Below, piece after piece: positions 40,886 to 52,839 of a DNA stretch of 64,000 nt. Below the pieces are notes generated by a model, which saw nothing but the letters and a program-made list of their open reading frames with translations, had not been told where the DNA came from and ran no database searches. Made by a program: the position numbers and the translations under genes. Source of the DNA: Bispira polyomma. Lineage: Eukaryota. Location of the stretch: NCBI GenBank assembly GCA_965649765.1, contig OZ287753.1, positions 55,552,001 through 55,616,000 on the forward strand, given 5' to 3'. Positions within the stretch are counted from its first letter, which is position 1. Every line of letters begins with the position of its first letter.

Positions 40886-42663
40886 GTCTGTTTGGTGACA
40901 CTGCATAAACCACTCCTAGAACATTAAATAATGTTTGCTGTAAAAAAATGTTTACCCACTCAATTCTCCAGTGGCCAGATGAAGTTTCATCTGATATAAA
41001 TGGATTTAGCCAAAATCATTGACCTCGTATAATCTGTTTACATTAGGGAAGAGGGGTGATATAATTCCATTCACAAGCTGTCAGCCTCGTTTACCCTATA
41101 GAGTGAGATGTGGGAAAAACATTAGATCATGTATCTGGGTCAGCAGTTGTCCTTTAAATAGAAATACTTATAAACTATCAGCTACTTCAAATCAATGCAA
41201 CTTCAATGTTCTACCAGTAGCAATACTGTGGAAATTTAATAAGCGGACCAGAGGTTAGCTTTGCATATTCTGTTTGGATTTAATTTGACTTAATTTGAAA
41301 AACTTTCCCATATAAGAATTTATATTAAAACCCCTAAAATATGTGTTTGAACAAACAAAAAGGTATTGGCTATGTTAGGTTTACTATTGATAATGTTGTC
41401 AATAAAGGAAGGTAATAAACTGTATGTAATTGTATATATGTGTAAAACAAAGAAACAAATCTGTATCTCTTATAAACTATGGTAGCAACTTTACCACATG
41501 AAATTGGAAACATTTTATAAAATTGTTTTTCTGTCCTTCTGTATGTCTGCTCCTGACATTTGAATTTCCTTATACATCCAGGTTCACCCCTCTGCTGTGT
41601 TTATGATTAAACCAAAACAAATGACAAAGAAACGACAACAATAGTTTCATTAATGTATATCTGATGTACAAGGCCAGTGCTTCATGTGGATAGATGTTGT
41701 TGTATTGCTGGCATTTTTTATTATTTAAAAAAAAAATAAAAAATGACAAGAGGTAATTTTTTTAAGCCAAATAGAAGACACATGTACAGGAAAACATGTT
41801 TCTCAGCTTCACGTCGTTGCCAAGAGTAACAAAGTTAATACAAAAAGTCATAGGTATCAAAACCTGTCACAGCAGGCGAAAATTGGGTTAACAGCAAGAT
41901 GCAACAGGTGACATAATAATTCACAGAACTAAAAACAGTCATAAAGTGACTGATTCACATATGAGATCTTTGAACTAATCGGAGAGTATTTTAAAAGTCC
42001 AGCTTTGTAGAAGCATAATAATACAACAAAACTTATTTAAAAAACGTACAAAGTATTCATACAAATTAATATAAATTACAAGGCAATTTTGTGGAGGATT
42101 GTCTCACAAATGTCCAAGAATAGCTAAGAGTGATCCATGGTTAGTGACAATAACAATTACTGACGATTCCGTATGGAAATACACAAATAGTAAACAATAC
42201 CTGTTGAAGCAGATCATGAAAAATGCTATTACCATGCCTATATGCTTTGTTAGACTCCTCTACTGTACCATAATATTTTGTAATAAGGTCGTCGTTTTTG
42301 CCGATATCTGTACATTTATTTATTACTATTTTTGATATTTCTACCCCTTTTACATTGATTTTTGTCATATCTGCACATTTATTTATTACTATTTATGATT
42401 TTTCTACCCCTTTTACATTGATTCTTGTCTCATTTTGTTGTTCTATATTGTAAAATTACCAATATTATTATTGTCTCATCTTTTGTTGCTACATGTTGGT
42501 GTGGTTGTACTTAGCTTAAGGCTATAGTGTGGGGTGCTAGGGTGCCTGTGAGTCGCCCACGGGACGAAGAATTGTGCGGTGAGTTGTAGGGACAAGCTTT
42601 CTGAGGCTCCCCACTGTTGAGTTCAGTTTAAGGGCTTCTTCTTTTTCTACAACCTCACTAGGC

Positions 42664-45600
42664 ATGTTTCTGCTTCGGGTTGTCCTTTTTTCAGCACTGT
42701 TTGCTGTGGCTATGGCTCATAGGTATGAGTTGTTGCATCACAGTGTTGCTCATACATCAGCAACCTCTTTGGCTAAAGTTGCAAAAAAATTTTTATACAC
42801 TTGTTGTTGTCGTAAATTTCCTACTACCATTAATGGAAGAGGTCTTGTCTTGTTACTTTTACTCACCGGAGATGTGTCCCTTAACCCTGGTCCTGTCATG
42901 CTCGGGGTGTTAAATGCTAGATCCGTGAGGAACAAGGGTCCACTCCTTGCAGATATTGTGACATCGCACGACCTCGACTTCCTTTGTGTTACAGAGACCC
43001 ATGTCCGTCTATCTGATACGGATAGCTTCCTACGGTCTGTTACTCCTCCAGATTTTGTGTTTCCTCAAACGCCTCGTCCCTCACGTATTGGTGGCGGTGT
43101 TGGTTTCTTCATCAGAGCCTCCTACAAACCACATAAAATAGATTCTCCTGTCTATCAGTCCTTTGAAAATATGGTGGTGTCAATTGGGCTTCATGGCCGC
43201 TCACTGTTGCTTGCCTGCGTCTATCGCCCCCCAGGATCATGTACCTGTAATTTTTTAGAAGAATTTATGTCTTTTGTTGGTTTCTTGTCTTCCATTAACA
43301 GTTCATATCATATCTGTGGTGACTTTAACATCCATGTTGATGCACCAGTTGGCGACGGTCATAAATTTATGACCTTTCTTGATTCATGCGATTTAAAACA
43401 GTCAGTTAGACAACCTACCCATCTGCATGGTCACATTCTGGACCTTATTTTATCTCCTTGTGATCAGGATGCTATTGTGGATGTCAAAGTCTGTGATTTC
43501 ATATCGGATCATGCATTAGTCAAATGCTCAATTGCCTCTCCCCCACAGGTGGCTCACATACCTAACACAGTGCATTATAGGAGGTACCACCGTATTAACA
43601 TGTCTGACCTCCGTACTGACCTTGAGAGTACTTCCTTTATTAAGTCACCTGCCAATTCTGTAGCCAAACTTTATGAACAATACATACATGACTTGGGTGA
43701 TGTACTAGATAAGCATGCACCACTTGTATCCAGAATGTCAAAGAAAGATTCTGTGCATTGGCTCTCTGATTCTTACCGACGGGCAAAATCTCTCAGGTGC
43801 CAATATGAAAGAACTTGGCGAAGGGCCGAGAATCCATTAAATAGAAGTCGACTACGTCGCCAGATTGCTCGGTGCAATGTACTTGTTAATGAGGATAAGT
43901 CGATTTATTACAGCAAGCTTATCTCTGACAACAGTCACAACTCCAGGAAGCTGTGGCACGAACTGCGCAAGACCCTTAATATGGATACCAATGTGGCACT
44001 CCCGTCCCATGATTCGGATAAATCACTAGCTGATAAGTTTGCTTCCTTTTTTTTGGACAAAATTAAGAGAATTAGAGATACTTTTGTTGTCTCTGGAACA
44101 AAAATTGATGTTCATCCTCTTTCTGATCCCCCAGAAATTACTGCCTTTACCAGAGTCTCCGAAGATGATGTTAGTAAAATAATAAGTAACTCGCCTACAA
44201 AATCCTGCATGTTGGATCCATGGCCAACATCTCTTATTAAAGAATGTAGTGATATATTACTACCATCCATTACAAAGCTTGTAAACTGCTCACTTACGGA
44301 GGGACATGTACCTGATGGTTTTAAAACAGCTGTGGTTACTCCTCTTATTAAGAAGGCTTCTCTTCCAGTTGATGACCTGAAGAATTATCGCCCTGTATCT
44401 GGTCTTAGTTTTATATCAAAACTGGTTGAACGCGTGGTTGCTAGGCAACTGTTAGATCACATCTTTGTCCACGACTTAGACAACCCATACCAGTCTGCGT
44501 ATAAAACTGGTCATTCGACTGAGACAGCTCTCCTGTCTATAAAAAATGAAGTTCACCTATCTTTGTCAAGAGGGGAACCTACTGCCCTGGTATTGCTTGA
44601 CCTCTCTGCTGCATTTGACACCATTGATCATTCCACGCTTCTCAGTTGTCTTCAGACTTGGTTTGGAGTTAGGGGCTCTGTTCTTAAATGGTTCACTTCC
44701 TACTTAACTGATCGTTATCAGTCGATAAAAATTGGCTCTACTCTGTCCGATCTTTGTAAACTCTTGTTTGGTGTTCCTCAAGGTTCTGTTTTGGGCCCTC
44801 TGTTGTTCTCATTATACACTTCCCCTCTTAGATTGGTTATTGGCAAATACACAGGTATAAAGTTTCATTTTTATGCAGATGATACCCAAATTTATGTGCA
44901 CCTATCCCATAAAAACACATCCACTGCCTTAGAACAGTTGAACAGGTGCCTTGACGATGTGAAAGAGTGGATGTCAACTGGTAAACTTAAACTTAATCCC
45001 GATAAAACTGAGTTCATAATCTTTGGCTCAAAACAACAGAGGGATAAGTTGAAAGCATTGTTCCCAGTTGACATCTTGGGTAGCCCTTGCAGTCCAGCTG
45101 ATTCTGTCAAGAACCTGGGTGTATGGTTTGACTCTGACTTTTCTTTCTCTAAACACATTCAGAGTGTCTGCAAAAGCTGTTTTATGCAACTCCGTGACTT
45201 TAGACGTGTCAGACGGTTTCTCACTTATGATGCCTCTATACTTGTAGCCAATGCTTTTGTTAGTAGTAGACTGGATTACTGCAATTCACTTTTCAGGAGT
45301 CTCTCAAAGTTTAATTTACGCAAATTACAATGCATTCAAAATAGTGCAGCTAGAATTGTGTCAAACACCAGTCGATACACTAGTATAACTCCTGTTCTGA
45401 AGAAATTGCATTGGCTCCCTGTTGAACAGCGTTCAGTGTTTAAGACAGCTACACTTGTTTATAAGTTTCTCCACACTGGGTTTCCAAAGTATTTTGCCCC
45501 ATATCTTTCCACTTACAGTAGTTCCTACAATACCCGACGCAGTCAGAGTGGTAGTAATTTCCTTGTTGTTCCGAAGTTCCACCCATCTACTCAAAAGTCT

Positions 45601-45744
45601 GTTAAACAGTTTGGTCACAGCTTTGCTTTTGATGCTCCCATTGTTTGGAATGGTCTCCCTGATGTGATTCGTTCTTCCCCCTCACTAGCCAGTTTTAGAA
45701 AGAAGCTTAAAACCCACTTGTACACTAAAGCATATCCACCTTAG
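42664..45744 (+). CDS. LINE ORF2-type protein: leader + APE endonuclease + reverse transcriptase (1026 aa, uninterrupted)
   Basis: LNARS, VTETH, YRPP, GDFN, SDH (APE); LDLSAAFDT, GVPQGSVLGP, YADD (RT); LHWLP C-terminal motif of L2/CR1 group. Confidence 0.97.
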   Translation: MFLLRVVLFSALFAVAMAHRYELLHHSVAHTSATSLAKVAKKFLYTCCCRKFPTTINGRGLVLLLLLTGDVSLNPGPVMLGVLNARSVRNKGPLLADIVTSHDLDFLCVTETHVRLSDTDSFLRSVTPPDFVFPQTPRPSRIGGGVGFFIRASYKPHKIDSPVYQSFENMVVSIGLHGRSLLLACVYRPPGSCTCNFLEEFMSFVGFLSSINSSYHICGDFNIHVDAPVGDGHKFMTFLDSCDLKQSVRQPTHLHGHILDLILSPCDQDAIVDVKVCDFISDHALVKCSIASPPQVAHIPNTVHYRRYHRINMSDLRTDLESTSFIKSPANSVAKLYEQYIHDLGDVLDKHAPLVSRMSKKDSVHWLSDSYRRAKSLRCQYERTWRRAENPLNRSRLRRQIARCNVLVNEDKSIYYSKLISDNSHNSRKLWHELRKTLNMDTNVALPSHDSDKSLADKFASFFLDKIKRIRDTFVVSGTKIDVHPLSDPPEITAFTRVSEDDVSKIISNSPTKSCMLDPWPTSLIKECSDILLPSITKLVNCSLTEGHVPDGFKTAVVTPLIKKASLPVDDLKNYRPVSGLSFISKLVERVVARQLLDHIFVHDLDNPYQSAYKTGHSTETALLSIKNEVHLSLSRGEPTALVLLDLSAAFDTIDHSTLLSCLQTWFGVRGSVLKWFTSYLTDRYQSIKIGSTLSDLCKLLFGVPQGSVLGPLLFSLYTSPLRLVIGKYTGIKFHFYADDTQIYVHLSHKNTSTALEQLNRCLDDVKEWMSTGKLKLNPDKTEFIIFGSKQQRDKLKALFPVDILGSPCSPADSVKNLGVWFDSDFSFSKHIQSVCKSCFMQLRDFRRVRRFLTYDASILVANAFVSSRLDYCNSLFRSLSKFNLRKLQCIQNSAARIVSNTSRYTSITPVLKKLHWLPVEQRSVFKTATLVYKFLHTGFPKYFAPYLSTYSSSYNTRRSQSGSNFLVVPKFHPSTQKSVKQFGHSFAFDAPIVWNGLPDVIRSSPSLASFRKKLKTHLYTKAYPP
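42841..42894 (+). other. 2A-like (StopGo) peptide variant GLVLLLLLTGDVSLNPG|P
   Basis: Matches GD(V/I)ExNPGP except E to S; lies directly before the APE domain, as known for 2A-bearing non-LTR elements. Confidence 0.75.
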
Positions 45745-45831
45745 TTTCAATCATCCCCCGGCGCGCTCTACGTTGCTGACCCTTTTTTCTGTCCCTTGAT
45801 TTTGGCAATTGGATGACTGTCTTTTGTGCTG

Positions 45832-45900
45832 GTGCGCCTTAGAGTCCCCTTTGTTAAGGGGAGATTAAGCGCAATAAAAGTCTAATTACAATTACAATTA
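45832..45900 (+). other. L2-type 3' stem-loop, AATAAA and microsatellite tail
   Basis: tgcgc-cttaga-gtcccctt-tgtt-aagggga-gattaa-gcgca then ataaaagtctaattacaattacaatta. Confidence 0.8.
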
Positions 45901-48900
45901 TCTAACTACAAAAAATATACCATCAAGCTCCAACACACTCATACATTGAATTTGGTTATGTCTACGAATCATACAATGCTTTTCTCTACAAACCTGTTTT
46001 CAGCATCAACTTGAAATTACAAAGTGATTATAAATTTTGTCCAAAATATAATCTGTGGTCAGTTTTTGTCAACATATACTCCTGCATCACTTAACATCTC
46101 ACAATTCCTAGAAATTAAAGTCATAGCAATAGCTGTGTTATGATCTTTTGGAAGACACCATGTCACATGGTGTACTAAATATTTGATATTCCTGAGTAAA
46201 TAAAACTTGGCTTCAAGTTCCATCCTTTTTTAGCATTAGAAAGAAGTGAATGCTTGGTAATTGGGAAAATTACTTCAAAAACATCTAAACTTTCTATTTC
46301 TACCATGTATGAATGTTAAAAGACAAAATATCAAGATGGGAAATACAATAACAATTAGAACGATAGCAAAGGGCTAGAGAAATAGAATTTTAAACAATTT
46401 TGTAAAACCATAAAGTGTTTAAGATGGATGGTTTTTCCATAGAAGTATGGTTAAATTGTCAAAATTAGTTCATTTTGGATAACATATATTGGATAGCATA
46501 TAGTGTACTACAAGTTCCCCCCCCCCTTCTTTTTTGTAATGAATAGTTTTACATAACTTACTTATTTGATCCTATCCATCTATTCATCCCTTATGGAACA
46601 TAAAGCTCTGCTTATGGTTTTCTAACACAACAAGTTTATGTCCTAGTTTGGAGACTAGATTCTTTACCTGTTTAAACAATTTTTATCTTGCGTGATTTGA
46701 GAATGTGGGCCAAGGGAATTTATATGCATAGCAAAGAAAGCTGAGACATCTACAAATTTGCTTTATCATTACAGGAATGTATTTTTCTTGATAACGGAAA
46801 TATGTTCACCATGACTAGAATTTAATAAAAGTAAATGGATTTCACTGAAGCTTCCTAAATTGTTCTTATTGCTCTTTGCAATCAGATTATACATTAGTTT
46901 CGTTACTGTTGCAATTTATATACAGTTCTATAGCTTTTAATTTTTAATACATTTTTCATACACACTTTTCCTTAAAATGACTTTGGATAAAAAGATCATG
47001 TTTACCTTAAATCTAAGTAAACTGATCAATTTATTGAATCATCTAATTACTAATGAAGTAATCAATACTTTTGAAGACTAGTGTGACAAAGGTGGCCTGA
47101 ATACTAGAACCTCATTGGTAAACCATTGCATCATTCCAAAATATACACTAAATCTTTGAAAGTGCACATGCCTAAAATAAACATGCCATATATTGGTACA
47201 AAGAGCATTAAACCATTGATAAAATAATCTAAATTTGGTCTGGGTGCATTATTGCCTACACACGTTTTCTATCATGTTAAAGGTTTAGAGTGATAATAAG
47301 TGCAAGGCTGGCTGATTTGGGGGAGTCAGATCAGATTTTACACCCATTCTATTTATGCAGCAGACACTGCCAAAGTGGCAATCTAAATTCCATTTTAGTA
47401 CTTTTCTCCCACAACTAACCTGTATATTTTCTTCTAAACCATACACTCACAAATCCCAATATGGAACATTAACTTTTTCATGAAATAATAAAAGGGCACT
47501 GACATCAGATTAACAACATATTACTTAATATGAATGATGTATCAGCAATCAGAAACTGTATCAGGAATTATAAATAGTAAAGTTTTGTTAACAGGTTTAA
47601 TTGTGTAAAATTAATACTTATAATACATGTGTGATTATAAAATACAAACTTGTTGGCACCTTTCATCAATTGTTACACAGCCACAGATTTTAAACTCTCA
47701 ACACAATCTTGAATAACACTATAACTTAAAATCATTAATAATATTTTACCCAAATTAGAAAAAAGTAATACCACACCTTGAATTTTAAATGTGGTCATTG
47801 GCACACTGATTTAAAGACAAAATAATAATATCTTATTATGGATTATTAGAAACTCCCACTGCTTTAGATAGGATTATTTGCCAGGCACTTGCTATCCAAA
47901 GAAATTAAAAAAGAAGGAAAAAAAGTATTTTTGTCTTAAAAAATAAAGGTCTTTTAGAAGGTTTAAACTAAATAAAAGACACCGATATAGGACAACATGT
48001 TTGTCATTTGTTCCTGGGGATAACTAAGTTAATACACAAAGACATTGGTATCAATCAGTGTCACAATAGTAGAAAATTGGGTTAACAGCAAGATGCAAAG
48101 GTGACATAATAATTAATTGAATTTAAAACAGTCACAAAGTTCCTGATTTACATTGGAGATCTTAGAACTAACACCTATAAACTGACGATAATGTTCTTTT
48201 TTATATAGAAATTATATTATTCCTCTAGTAATAGACAAAAGTTGTTTCAAATCAGCAAAAGCTTTTTAACATCTTATTTTTTTTGTCAAACATAAAGTGT
48301 AAAATGAACAATGTTAAATTGTATCAACGAAGAAAAGGCTAATGATAATTACAACTATGTCAAAGTGCCAGTGAAATTAAATATAATCTATTTTGTAAAA
48401 TTAGACCTATTTAATATGGCTGGATGTTGCTACATCGCATATTGCATTAAAAGCATTCCGTTTGCAAGTGCTATATTTAGGTTACCTAGTCAGAATTGTA
48501 ATTCTTGGTTGACTCTGGAAACTCTTGGCCTAAAATTGGATTACCATGAAGCATTTTTGAGTGTCAATTACGAGCTAGGAACGAGAGAAGTATTAGCTAC
48601 CAAGGATACCCTAGGAGTAGTACCAAGTAAAGCTGAGTCTAGTAGGAGTAATCCCATCTTGAATTTCCTTTTGGATATTTAGATAAAGTGAGCTGAGACA
48701 AAGTGAGAGCCAAGTGATTGGGAAAGTTTTTAACCAATATGTATCCCAATATGTGGTTTGAACTGTTATATTTGAAGTGTGCACAAAGTATTAAAATAGG
48801 AATGCTATCTTATAGTTTGACCTTCTTTTGTCATTTGGTTTATAATACAAGTAAATTTTGCATGAGTTTATTAATTTACTATTATTTAAAATAAAGGCAT

Positions 48901-48959
48901 TTGGACTCTCAGTCTTGCAATACATTAAGATACCATAGTCTTTAAAAATGTAAAAAAAA

Positions 48960-49290
48960 GGTCTGGATTATTTTTCTACCTGGATTTACTCTACAGCAAC
49001 CTTAGAGGGGATATATACTTTGTTTCCTCTGTTAGACACACCAGAAGGGCTGGCTCAAGAGCTTTCTCTACTGCCACCCCTATATTATCGAATGGTCTCC
49101 TAGTTGAGCTAAGATCGCTTGAAACACTATCTGGTTTGAGGAAAAAGTTTAAAACCCATCTTTTAAAACTCCCATATCCTCTATAGTTTCCCTCCCGGTA
49201 TACCTCTTTCCTTATGACCTGGGCTATGTTTTTGAACTTTTCTATTGGTTTCTATTTGCTTTAGGGGATGTCTAGCATCAATAAAGTTTG
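48960..49290 (+). mobile_element. Old L2-like 3' fragment (duplicated at ~55080-55420)
   Basis: RAFSTAAPILWNGLPVELRS..FRNKFKTHLLKLPYPP in the 55008 ORF; same sequence here. Confidence 0.85.
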
Positions 49291-52200
49291 TTAAAAATCT
49301 ATATCTAAAAACGACAAATATAAACAACCAGTTGAGATGCCATATCAAGACATCTGCAAATTTGCTTTAGCATTAAACGATCTTTATTTGTATAAAGATT
49401 TTTTGCCAGTTTATAGAACTATTCTATGTGATTGTGAGATTCAGTGTCCCAGTAATTTATATATAGCCAAGAAAGAGATGGCATGTGCCAATTTGATTTA
49501 GCATTAGAGAGATCCTTTTTTTCTCTATAAAGGAAATTTTCTCCCTGACCAGAATGTAGTAAAAGTAATAATCTGGGATCTCTCTTTTTCTGTGGCAATC
49601 AGGTTTGTATTTCTTTACATAATGTTACAAATTTTACACAGATCCCATGATTTAGCCACATTGCCAGATGTTTATTTCCTTGTTAATATATATTTCATGC
49701 ACACTTTTCCTCAACCTCTTTTCAGATTATATTATATAATCTCAAACCACTTGCCACATCTATGTATTTCTATCAACTGAGTTAAAACTAAGTCACCTGG
49801 TTTAACAGGGCACATGTGCAGACCACTATAGATATATGACAGATATATGGACGTATAATACATGTGCAATAAACAAAAACTTGGTTACTGTCATCAATTG
49901 TAATATAGCTCAGCATTTTTTAATTTTAGGCACAAACTTTAGCAACACTCTAGCTCGGTGAATATTAACCCAATTTAGAGCTTAGTTGGAGTTTTAAATT
50001 GGGTCATTGGCCCTGATGCCTTTTTCTGAGATTTTTGTCCTCTTTTAAGAAAGTTAGGTGTCATTCTTGCCCATCATGATTGATAGGTGTACTATGTTTC
50101 CTGTCCTCTCACAAATATTGCCATAAAATTACCGACAAAAATGTAATAAATTATTTTAACTGCACTCAAATCAAAACTAAAGAATGTGCTGTTTCTTTTC
50201 CATTTAATAATACTGCCATAAAAGTATCAACAACAAAGTAATAGGCTTTTTGAAATAGGATCACTATATCAATTCTGTAAATCATGTGTAAAAAACAAAT
50301 TGATTGATTGGTTTTTTCTACTGTATAACGAAAATGATGCACATCTAAAAATGAAACAATAAATAACATATATACATTCATTTAGGTCATGTGACATCTA
50401 GAAGATATGACTTCTTTGTAAAGGTTTATGTGTAAAACTCTGTCAGTTGCAGATAGCAAATGAGAACTTCTATAAATTATACAACACTCATCAAACTAGT
50501 TGTTCTCAGGGTTGTTTTATACATTTTATTCTTTTTACAAACATCAACAGTCGAACAGTTTTCATTAATTGTTTTAACATGGCTTTAACCACATGCCGTA
50601 CAATTATAGTTTTTACTTGGTGCCATTAAGAGAGCAGATTTTGCATATGTCAAAACATTTGACAAAAACACATCAGACAGGTGCCAGCAAACATCAGAAT
50701 GTAATCCAAAGAGCAAGCAGTCCACATCTACAACATATATATCATCCAGTATTAGGATTCCATGTAAAAAGCACAATAAAGGTAGCTTAAGTAAATTTGT
50801 AAAAATATAAAAAGAAATAAATTAATAGTTAAAATGGTAGTGTGCCCTTCCAAGTTCTAATTATAATGTGGGGTTTAATTGATTTAGGCGGGACATTGTG
50901 TGTGATGTGGGCCAACTGCTGGCCAATCAATGTAGGGGTCAATTCCACCAGAAAAGTCTTACACATATGATTTAAGGTCCAAAACTGACCACACTATCCT
51001 CTGTGGTACTCCCTTACACATTATTTACTTAAAAGAACCCCATTATTTAGACCCCTGCCAAGTAAAGGCTTGGTAACAATATTTAGAAGAAAAGACAAAC
51101 GATCAGGGTGGGGTGAAAATGACACAAATCAGGGAGGATTTTAAAAGTTGAGCTTTGTAAAGGCATAATAATGCAACAAAACTATATAATAAATGTACAG
51201 TCAAAGTATTTATACAATTTAATACAAATTGCAAGGCAATTTTTGTGTCTCAAAAATTCCCAAGAATAGCCAAGAATATGTGTAATATGATTATGTTTTA
51301 TAATGTATATCTAAAAAAAAGACAAATATATTAAACAAGAAGAGATGCCATGTTAGCACATCTGCAAATTTGCTTCAGCATTGGAGGGATCTTTTTTCTA
51401 AAAAAGATTTTTTGCCAGTTTATAGAACTTTTTGTGTGATTGTGAGATTCTGTGTCTCAGTAATTTATATATAGCCAAGAAAGAGATGGCATGTTAAGAC
51501 ATCTGCCAATTTGGTTTAGCATTAGAGAGATCCTCTCTTTCTCTATCAAGGAAATTTCCTCTTTGACCAGAAAGTAGTAAAAGTAACAATCTTGAATTTC
51601 TCCTTTTCTGTGGCAATCAGGTTTGTATTTCTTTACATAATGTTGCAAATTTTATACAGATTCCATAATTCTGAAAGACAGCTATTCCATTTATTTATTT
51701 TCTTTTTAATATATTTTTCATGCACACTTTTCTTTGAGATTGTTTCAGATGATATTAGATGAAAATATTATTCATACATATAACTCTAACCAATCGCTAC
51801 GTATGTGAACTTCCGAGAGCTAAGTTAGAACTAAGTCACCTTGGTTAACAACGCACATTTGCAGACCACTACAGATATTTAGACGTATAATACATGTGCG
51901 ATACAAAATACAAACTTGGTTACTGTCATCAATTGTAACATAGTCTAGCATTTTTTAACTTTAGGCACAAACTTCAGCAACACTCTAGATTGGAAAATAT
52001 TACCCCAATTTAGAGCAAGTAACAGCCTAGTTTGAGTTTTAAATTGGGTCATTGGCCTTGATGCCTTCTCCTGAGCTTTTTGTCCTTTTTTAAGAAAGTT
52101 ATGTGCCACTCTTACCCCATAAAAATCGTCTCTATTGAACTTACATAATTATCTACTGATAATATACGAATAGTACAGCTTAGTGGATCATGATTAACTG

Positions 52201-52839
52201 AAACAGCTCGGCTCAAATCAAAACTAATGCACTCATGATTAATGGCTGTGTTATGTTTTCTTACCATTCGCAAATACTGCCAAAAAATTACAAACAGAAA
52301 AGGTAATAGAATTTTGCACATACGAAAATGAAACCAAAAATAACATATATACATTGCTACAAGGATCCTGGGAGAGTCATGTCACATGCAAAATATATGA
52401 CTTTTGCATAAAGGATTCTGTGGTTAAGACTTTGAGTCTTCCTAGGTCACTTCAATTTATTTACACAGATAAATGGAGACAGGATTGTCATGCATATTGC
52501 ATCTAAATACGGTATAATAAATGAGTCAGTTCCAGACAGCAAAGGAGAAATTATGTAAATTATACAACATTCCTCTTTTCTAGAATATAACCACATCACT
52601 ATTCTTTTAGAATAACCAAGGTTTAAGTAATAGTTCTAAGAGTTGTTTTAAGACAATTCAAATGATATACAATTCAATGTATAAGTGATTCTATAATAGT
52701 GACAATCTCTGCGGAGGTTTGTTTATCTACTTTAGTGAACAATCAGTAAAAGCCTTCCATTTGCAAGAGTCTATAAATTTTGTATTATTACTTTTTTAAA
52801 TGAACATTTGCTTCATAGATCCATCTAGACCCTGTGTGG

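Larger units (their letters stand above)
42258..45896 (+). mobile_element. Apparently full-length single-ORF L2-clade LINE
   Basis: Boundaries defined by the empty paralogous site at ~56660-56680; 3' stem-loop and (CAATTA)n tail; no TSD. Confidence 0.92.

Noticed and set aside
42546-42600. Hammerhead-ribozyme-like string ctgtga-gtc...gac-gaag...gta in the LINE 5' UTR
   Set aside because: Core lacks invariant residues (CUGUGA instead of CUGANGA, GAAG instead of GAAA) and stem I cannot form; such decay is unlikely in an otherwise intact young element
45870-45900. L2 LINE as the mobilising partner of the young SINEs
   Set aside because: 3' ends differ (CAATTA vs AAATTC tails, no shared stem-loop) and the SINEs have 12-15-bp TSDs whereas this LINE has none
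48311-48682. Paralogous ORFs at 48311 and 54444 (also 49592/55521, 42099/56549)
   Set aside because: Similarity is explained by segmental duplication; frames and stops differ between copies and there is no recognisable domain
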